Position numbers and translations under genes: made by a program. The notes beneath the pieces are model-generated. The model had not been told where the DNA came from, made no database searches, and worked only from the letters and a program-made list of their open reading frames with translations. Source: the human T2T-CHM13v2.0 reference genome, Homo sapiens. From it: a stretch of 64,000 bases of DNA. This document shows, one piece after another, positions 55,881-64,000 of this stretch (its first letter is position 1; each line of letters begins with the position of its first letter). The DNA is taken from contig CP068257.2 in the NCBI GenBank assembly GCA_009914755.4, positions 15,168,001 to 15,232,000 on the forward strand, read 5' to 3'.

Positions 55881-58200
55881 ATCAAGAGGCAAATTTTTCT
55901 TTTGAATTATTTTGTACAAAGGAAAATCCTTTAAAAAAATAGTTTCTTGCCATTTTTTCTGTTAGTCTCATTAACAAAAAAACTTTCATGAATGACAGTA
56001 GCTGAAAGGGCATGTTCCAATGGGTCACCAAGACTGCTTATGGGAGAATGTGCAGCCAGGAGTCCACAGAGAGGCAACGTAATCTGCGGGTCATGAAGGA
56101 AATATGAGTAAGTCAGATATGGCCTTGACCCTGGCTTTCATATGCAATCGCTGCATGTCTATTTTCATCTCTGAGCCTTGACTTTCCTATTACTAAAGTG
56201 GATATTATAATGGTATCTGCTGTATTAATCCTGTTGAAAGAATTACATGGTGTAATACATGCAAACAATTAGCAAAGGGTCCAGGTTTTCGTAAATTCTA
56301 AATAAATCTTAGATTTTATTTTGTTTTTAATATTTTTACTATTACAAAAGTGGCCCAGGTCAGAGCTTCATTATAACTTGGAAATTTTTTTTATCACTGA
56401 GCTGACATGTTTGAGTCTTTCATTAAGGAAGAATCGTTTTCACAGGTAGGTGACTACACAGAAAATTTGATGACAACTGAAGTCACAAAAAGAGAAGAAT
56501 TTTTTAAATGTTCTCATGATATTGAAGCAAAAGGAGCACCAGACAGGGAGATGGGGTATAGCAGCGCTAGTCCTGAATCTCTTACTAAATTGCTGAGTGA
56601 TGTACAAGTCATTTGGGGGCCTTAGTTTCATTAATCAATAAACAGATTTTTATTGTCACTTCCAGTTCAAACATCATATGGCTGGGTTGTATAGGACTGT
56701 GAAGTTAGAAAACTCTTCCTTTTGTTTGGTACATGGAGAACTTGGCCAATTTCTCTGTCATCTGTCATAGAGAGGGTGCCCTGGAAGCACTTCTTATCAT
56801 GGAAATTCTTGTGCAAGGGATTTTTCTTTTTATGGGAATGCTCCTAGGAAAAATGTGTAAGAGAGTAAGGAAAGAAGGAGAAGGAAAGAGAAAGAAGCTA
56901 AGTAGCGATATGGTTTAGGTGAAGTCTAGCTCCAGACTGACCTTGTGTGGAACTCTGGAACATAAACTATACCACATCTACCCCACTTTTTAGATAAGAA
57001 AGGACTTTATCCCCACAGAAGTCACCTGGATGCCCAAGGTTGGGAGCAAGGCGGCTCCAGTTACCCAAGATCTAAGCAGTGGAACCTTTATCAACCAGTA
57101 AAAGAAATTGCTAAGTATTCAGAAGAGGCACCACCAGCCACTTCTATTGCATTGCTTGATGTACTGCATACTGAAAGCACTTGAACTTACACAACAGCTT
57201 CCATAAATCAGCCTCATCATTATAGGATATCATTGTGCAACACTTCCTGTCTTACTGGACAGATGCTATAAACTTTTTAAATTGTTTGCTTGATCTTTCC
57301 TAACTTATGATTACAAAGTTCACCATCTCCTCTATTTTCTGAGGGTCACAAGGCCCTTCAGCTGATTGCAAGGCAATTTAGGGAGATGATCTCTGGATGT
57401 ACTTGTGTGTTAGAAAAATCTAGACATTAAAACCAAAGTAGGGTGTGGAAACCCTTAGGAACTGACCATCAGTCACGTCCCTCTTTTCTTGCTGAAAAGC
57501 AATTCTTATATTTTAATTCTAAGACATTATCTTCCTTTTCAACAGCAAGTGTCAGCTTCATCAGAAGTATACATTATGCTAAGAAAGTACCTTTTGAAAG
57601 AAAAATATGAAACCCAGACATCAACTTCAAGTTTTTCTTTTAAAATAGGTAAAGAGGTAGATGCTCATCTTTGAAACTAACAAGTAAAAAATCATTTTTG
57701 ATTCCAAGATCGCCACTCATTTTACTGTAACACACGATCTAGTAAGAATTGCATGGTATCTCAGTGGCTATTAACTTCCAGCTTCTCTGGCCTAGCATAA
57801 ATCCTGAGAGAGTGTGACACACTTTTCTCTTAGGCTTCTAGAATAGAATATCCCTGGTGTTCATTTTCTTTGAGATAAATTATGTTACTTTGGACTCTCT
57901 TACATTATTTCAGTCAAAATGTCTTCCTTCAAGTACTGATTTATTTCCATCATTGTGGCAAGAAATAATAGATGACAAAAGTTAAGAAGCTTTTACCTGT
58001 AAAACAAATTACTGGAAGTTTTTCTAACAAGAAGGGGAAATTAGATCCAAAGTTACATCATCTTTTAGACCTAATATGCCCTATTAATAAAATTTACATA
58101 AAATTTTTAAAGAATTTAAATTATATCTAAATGTATATAATTTAGTCCTGATTTGGTTTGAGGGGTAGAGTTTTTATTTATTTATTTAACTTGTGGCAAT

Positions 58201-58252
58201 TATTTTCTCTTCTTCTTTCTGTTTTCTTTCTTTCTCTTCTTCTTCCTTTCTT
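58201..58252. repeat. (TTTC)n/(TTC)n pyrimidine-rich microsatellite
   Basis: 'tattttctcttcttctttctgttttctttctttctcttcttcttcctttctt'. Confidence 0.5.
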
Positions 58253-61200
58253 AGGAGACACAAATTTACATAAAGAATATCACTACTATTCAGTTTTTAA
58301 ATGTATTAACTGTAAAAGCTTTGAAATATTAAGCAATGAATTTCATTTCATAGTTTATGAACAAATGTGAGTTTCACAGTTACTTTGATGTGTAGGGTTT
58401 GTTTTCTGGCTAAGAAATTTATGGTAAGTTGAATGCTCACTGTGCAGAGTTAACTCTTTTTAACTACATTAAATTTTCATTATAACTGCTCATATAAAAC
58501 TAATGCCACTTTGCTATAGCAGAAAGTGCTAATATCACAGTATGGCCCACAAAACTGTTTCTCTGTTAATATCTTACCTTATTTTCAGGCACCTATAAAA
58601 TAGTCATGGACATTTATTCAATATTGAAATATAACAAATATCAATCCAAAAACAAGTTTTATTTTTCTTAACCTTCAGTCTTGAAATAAGAAAGGGAAAA
58701 AAAGAGATGTCTTCTCCCCCAGCAGAGCATACTCCAGAAACAAATATGCTACATCTGTTTTAGCTGGCATGGATAGGGCCCTGCAGGGTAATACACTACT
58801 TCAGATTTCAAAACTGACAGTCTTCAGGCTAGTGGTTCTCCATGCTGCAAATAAAGATTTTATTTTCCAATGATATTTATTTAGGATTTTTTTTGCTGGG
58901 TGAATCGAGCTTGTGAGTTTATGAATTCTACTAAAGCAATTATCTCCCCAACTCAGAAGGAGCTGCTGGAATCTCTCATGTGAGTACCACACAGCCAGCA
59001 GGTTCCCTCATCACAGATCATCACAATAGGCATTTTGGTGGTTTATTTGGAAGGCAGTTTTATGCTAAATCCCATTTTTCAATACTTTGCTACTTCTTCA
59101 AAAGCTTTTCTTTAGCCTTAATGTGGAGTTAAGAGCAATTTACCCATTTTTTGAGAGATTGATGCATGAGTAAAGTATTTCTCAGGGTATTTGAAGACTG
59201 GATAATATCAAATCAGGTCATGATAAAATATAGTTGAAGGCAGCATTTTAAATTGAAGAACCACATGAAAGCACTGAGTTCAGATATTTTGATTCTGAAG
59301 AATACACAGGGAATATTTCGCATTCACAAAGGATTTTCTTCCTAACCCCTCTTTCCCTATATCCACCATTCCCCAAACACAAACATGCACACATTCTTTT
59401 GAAGTATGTGAAGGTGAAATCATAGCAGGCATACCCCTCAGTCTATGCCTGTGGGCATGATTTTAAACAGAAACCTTGAGGGGGTTTATTTCTGTTAAAA
59501 TGCATAGACAGGACCATGGTTTTTTCAAATTTGCACACAAAAATTCAATACAAGGGGAGTCAATACATGTTTATATGTATGTACTAACATATACAGGAAC
59601 TTATTAATATATAATATATTTATGCTACTGGCAGAGACAGGCAATTAAACAATGTGCAATTGAGCATGTAAAACTGAGGTCCGGTCACCAGATGGAAGTG
59701 TATTTGGGAATAAGCCTGCCAACTTGTGCTATATGCAATATGCTTATACTCAGAAAATACATCATCCATGAAAGGAATAAAATGAAAGTTTGCTTTCTTC
59801 ATTCAGTTTCAAAAGGAGTAGTATTTTGGTGGATTTTCTTTTTTTGTATTTCTTTCATTACAGGAGAAAAAGAATAATGACCTAATTGCCAGAAAACGTG
59901 CATACAACATGAGACTTGGGGATCTGAGCTCTTGAAAGCCATACCAGAGATTTTCTCTAATACCTTTATTTTCAAAGTGTCTTTCCCCAAGGGGACAACA
60001 TATCTCTGCAGACTTCATCTCATTGATCCTCACATGATCATTGTTAAGGAGTCAGGAAGGCTAAGACTTCTGTAGATTCCACCAGTGAAACAGACAGACA
60101 ATAGCCATTAGAATGACTTGATTGAAATTATAGAGTAAGTTGGGAGCACAGCTGGTGCAAGAATCTGGGTCTGCTGTTTGCCAGAGCTTTCTTCTATCTG
60201 ACAGAACATATTGCCTAAAGCTGAGAATCCCACAGTGTCCTTGATTACGTATTCTCAAATTATAGCTCACTTTAGAGATTCCTATTAAAAATGGAGTATG
60301 GCAGCAGGCCTGGAAATCATTTAGGAAACCCCAGGTTTCAAGCGGGTGGGAGATTTAAGAAGCAGGGCTGGAAGGATGAAATATCTAAAACATGGGTGGG
60401 GATGGATGTCTAAATGGCTGTCTACTGGATCTTTCTGTGGAGAGGGCATCATGCTAGGTGCTCTGCTGGTTAATCAGAAAGATGCAGAAGGTATTCCCTA
60501 GGAGTTTATTTACTTACTTGACAAGGGTCTTCTTGTGAAAGCCTCATTTCTTGCGAAAGCCTTCTTGTAAGTTGCTGGAGAAGGCAGATGAAGAATAGGA
60601 AGATGTATAGCTGTTTTAGAAGCCCAAGGGCAGCTTGAAATGAACTCCCTCATAAAGTAGAGGGGAGAGCTCTCTTGGGAAGAATTCAGTAGGCTCCCTC
60701 TTGTCTCACTTGGATTTTTTTAAGATGTAGTCTAGTAGGAATAGACATTTCCCTCATGAATTATTGATACCCTAAAGCAGTTTTAATTGTTTTTCCTTTC
60801 AGTGCTATATAGAGAAACTCCATAATGATTCTCACTGCAATATTAGAATATATTTTAAGCATGCCATAATACCGAGGGAAAGCATCTAATTTTCCTGAAA
60901 CAATATGCTTCTTTAACTTCGAGAAATATGATTTAAATTAGCAATAAAGACGAGAAGTAATCCAACTTAGATTATAAAATTGCTTTCTGTACTGAAATAT
61001 TCTGTAGGAAAATAAGAAAAGAATACATTTATGTACAATTTAATCATGTGAAAGCATGGTTAAACATTGAAATATGGGATTTGTAGATATAAGATAAATT
61101 TCACTACTGCATGAGGGTCTTTTCTTGGTCACAGATTTTAACTCTTTATATAACATTTTTTTCAAGCATGAGTTGCACAATATAGTGAACCTTTGCCACA

Positions 61201-61664
61201 AAACAACAAAAAAATGAAAAAACACTGAAATATCTGTAAGTAGCTATAGTCCCACTGTCAAAAATAACAACTCTAAATATTTTGACGTATACTTCTAGTC
61301 CTTTCCATTTTACATACGTTTATTTTTAAATAATATTCTATTATACTTTAATATTTTATAGTCTGCTTCTCCCTCTTATTAACAGACTGTCAATGGCTTT
61401 CCATTAAAAAATTATTCTTCAATGGGATTTTTACACTGTGAATTGCAACGTATCATAAGGATGTTTATAATTTACAAATTATTCTTCAACTTAGGTAAAT
61501 TATTCCAGTTTTTTTTTACTATTGTGATAAACATTATTAACTGATCCTAGTACATATTTCTTATCTCTTCTAGAATTCCTTAAAGTAAGTCAGTGTTATA
61601 AATACCAATATAGAAGCACGTAAATACGTGGCCTTCTGTGAGTTTATGTCAAATTATTGATTAG

Positions 61665-64000
61665 GGAGAGACTTCTGCTTCCAAAATGGCAGCATAGAAG
61701 CAACCTGGCTTCACTTTCTACAACAGAAAACCAAAAACAAATATATAGTGCTGAAATTATCACCAGCAGTATCCCACAACTCAAATATGATAAGGCAACA
61801 GTGCCTGGACCAACAGAGACATGAAAAAACTTTGAGTAGATGGTAAGAGAATTAGACTTTCATCTCCACAACACCTTTCTTCCCAATCTGCCCAGCACTA
61901 AGTGCACAGAAAGCTTCTTCCTGACTCATGGTTTTTACATTTGAAAAAGGGAGATTAAGGTGGACAACTAGCTTCCCCACCAACTTGGGTTCCTTGGCAG
62001 GAGACCTGTCCCTGCTTCAAACCAAAGAAAGCATGGCAAGTGCCTGAAGGGTGAAATATGCCTGAGGACAGACAGAGACAAAGGTGGAAGGTGGGACTAT
62101 CATTCCCAGCTCTGAAAGCTCTGCTCTATAACTCAGCCAATGGAGAGACATTAAAAAAAATTCATTAACCAGGAACAAGTGGGCTTTATCCCAGGGATGC
62201 CAAGGATGGCTCAACAAACACAGAACCAAAAATAAAACCACATGATCATTTCAACAGGTTCTGAAAAAGCATTTGATAAAATTCAACATCTTATGGCAAA
62301 AATCCTAACAAAACTGAGTATAGAAGGAACATACTACAAAATGATAAAGGTCATATATGACAGACCCACAGCTAACAACATACTTAACTGAAAAAAATTG
62401 AAAGGCTTTACTCTAAAATCTGGAGCAAGATAAAGATGCCCACTTTCACCACTTTTATTCAAAATAATACTGGAAGTCCTAGCCAGAACAATTAGGCAGG
62501 AGGAAGAAATAAAGGGCATTTGAATTGGAAAGAAAAAGTCATATTAGCCTTGTTTGTAGATGACATGATCTTACATTTAGGAAAACCTAAAGACTCTACC
62601 AAATAGTTGTTAGAACTGATAAATGAATTCAGTAAAATTGCAAGATACAAAATTAACATAAAAAATCAGCAGCATTTATACATGCCAATAGTGAGTAATC
62701 TAAAGAAAAATCAAGAAAGAAATCCAACTTTAAACAGCTACAAGGAATATAGAATGTTAGGAATCAACTTAACCAAAGAAATGAAAGATAACAAGCAAAA
62801 CTGTAAAACACTGATGAAATAAATTTAAGAAGACATACAAAAATGAAAAGATATTCTGTACTTATGAATTAGAAATATTAATATTATTAAAATGATAACA
62901 CTACCCAAGAAAATTTACAGATTCAATGCAATGCCTATCAAAATACCAATGACATTCTTCACAGACGTAGAAAAAGCAATCCTAAAATTTATATGGAACC
63001 ACAAAGACTATGAATAGGCAAAGCAATCCTGAGCAATAACAACAAAAAAGCAAAACTGAAGACATTACACCACTGGACACCAAAAAATACTACAAATCTG
63101 TAGTAACTAAATCAGCATGGTATTGGCATAAAAGCAGACACACAGAACAATGAAACAGAAGAGAGAATCCAGATATTAATCCATGCATTTCCAGCCACCT
63201 CATCTTCAACAAAGACACCAAAAACATGCAATGAGGAAAGGACAGTCTCTTTAATGAATGGTGCTGGGAAAACTGGATAACCATACGTAGAAAAACAAAG
63301 GTAGACCTCTATCTCTCACTATATACAAAAATAAACTCAAAAATTAACTAAAGATTTAACTCTAGGCCTTGAAACTTTGAAATTACTAGAAGAAAACATT
63401 GCGGAAACACTCCAAGACATTGGTCTAGGCAAAATTTTTTGTGTAAGCATAGGCAACCAAAGCAAAAAAAGACAAACTTTTTATCTATTTATGTAAAACT
63501 GAAAAGCTTCTGCACAGCTAAGGAAGCAATCAACAAAGGGACAACCTGCAGTATCAGAGATATTATTTGCAAACTATCCATCTGACAAGGGATTAATAAC
63601 CAGAATATATGTGGAGTTCAAACAACTCAGTAGCAAAAATAATGATAATAATAATTACCCACTTGAAAAATGGGGGAAATATCTGAATAGATATTTCTCA
63701 AAAGATGACACACAAGTGGTCAACAGATATATGGAAATATGCTCAACATCAATAACTATATCAGAGAAATGCAAATCAAAACCAAAATGAGATATCACCT
63801 TACCCTAGTTAAAATGCTTTTATTAAAAAGAAGGAATAACAGATGCTGGCAAGGATGTGGAGGAAGGAGAACTCTAATACACTATTGGTAGGAATGTAAA
63901 TTAGTACAGCCGCTATGAAAATTCCTGTGGCGGTTTCTTAAAAAGCTTAAAATAGAGCTCCATATGATCTAGCAATTCCACTCATGAGCATAAAAGAAAG
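61665..64000 (+). mobile_element. LINE-1 element (older primate/mammalian subfamily): 5' region then ORF2 reverse-transcriptase region, continuing past the window end; ORF1 apparently absent or deleted
   Basis: 'gggctttatcccagggatgccaaggatggctcaacaaacacag...catgatcatttcaacag...gcatttgataaaattcaacatc' is colinear with the L1 ORF2 RT domain. The plus ORF at 62607-62822 translates to '..LINEFSKIARYKINIKNQQHLYMP..NLKKNQERNPTLNSYKEYRMLGINLTKEMKD', which parallels the L1 ORF2p segment '[26 protein letters not shown]...IKYLGIQLTRDVKDL'. Downstream blocks 'acagattcaatgcaatgcctatcaaaataccaatgacattcttcacag', 'aatgaatggtgctgggaaaactggataaccata' and 'gaaatgcaaatcaaaaccaaaatgagatatcacc' are canonical L1 ORF2 strings. 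Frames are broken by many stops, so the element is inactive. Confidence 0.75.

Overview
This window is primate (almost certainly human) nuclear DNA. It is AT-rich, strongly CpG-depleted, has no CpG island, and is packed with interspersed retroelements and microsatellites. I recognise about 11 Alu SINEs, namely full-length AluY/S/J copies plus an Alu-monomer-like piece and a 3'-end stub. There are several LINE-1 pieces: an ORF2 fragment on the minus strand at about 46.9-47.6 kb, an older L1 running from about 61.7 kb past the window end, and L1M-class relics near 0.4-1.0 kb, 21.8-23.2 kb and 55.5-55.9 kb. There are two MIR SINEs and three ERVL-MaLR-type solo LTRs, one of them split by a later Alu insertion and a TA-rich microsatellite. 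Simple repeats include (CTT/CCT)n, (GGAA)n, (TC)n, (CA)n, a 42-nt poly(A) run and an AT-rich tandem duplication. I see no convincing protein-coding exon, no RNA gene, and nothing resembling a prokaryotic operon, CRISPR array or defence system. The six-frame ORF track is mostly read-through of Alu or L1 sequence or of low-complexity DNA. The longest non-repeat ORF, 130 codons at 29600-29992, is about what chance predicts for 64 kb of this composition. The region looks like a gene-poor, L1-rich intergenic or deep-intronic segment. The checkable items are structural: a probably young TSD-flanked AluY, a GAA/TTC-type microsatellite grown out of an Alu tail, a GGAA microsatellite, an Alu-into-LTR nested insertion with a perfect 16-bp-arm hairpin, and one weak exon-like segment. 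All repeat family and subfamily names come from memory-based comparison to consensus sequences and should be confirmed with RepeatMasker/Dfam.
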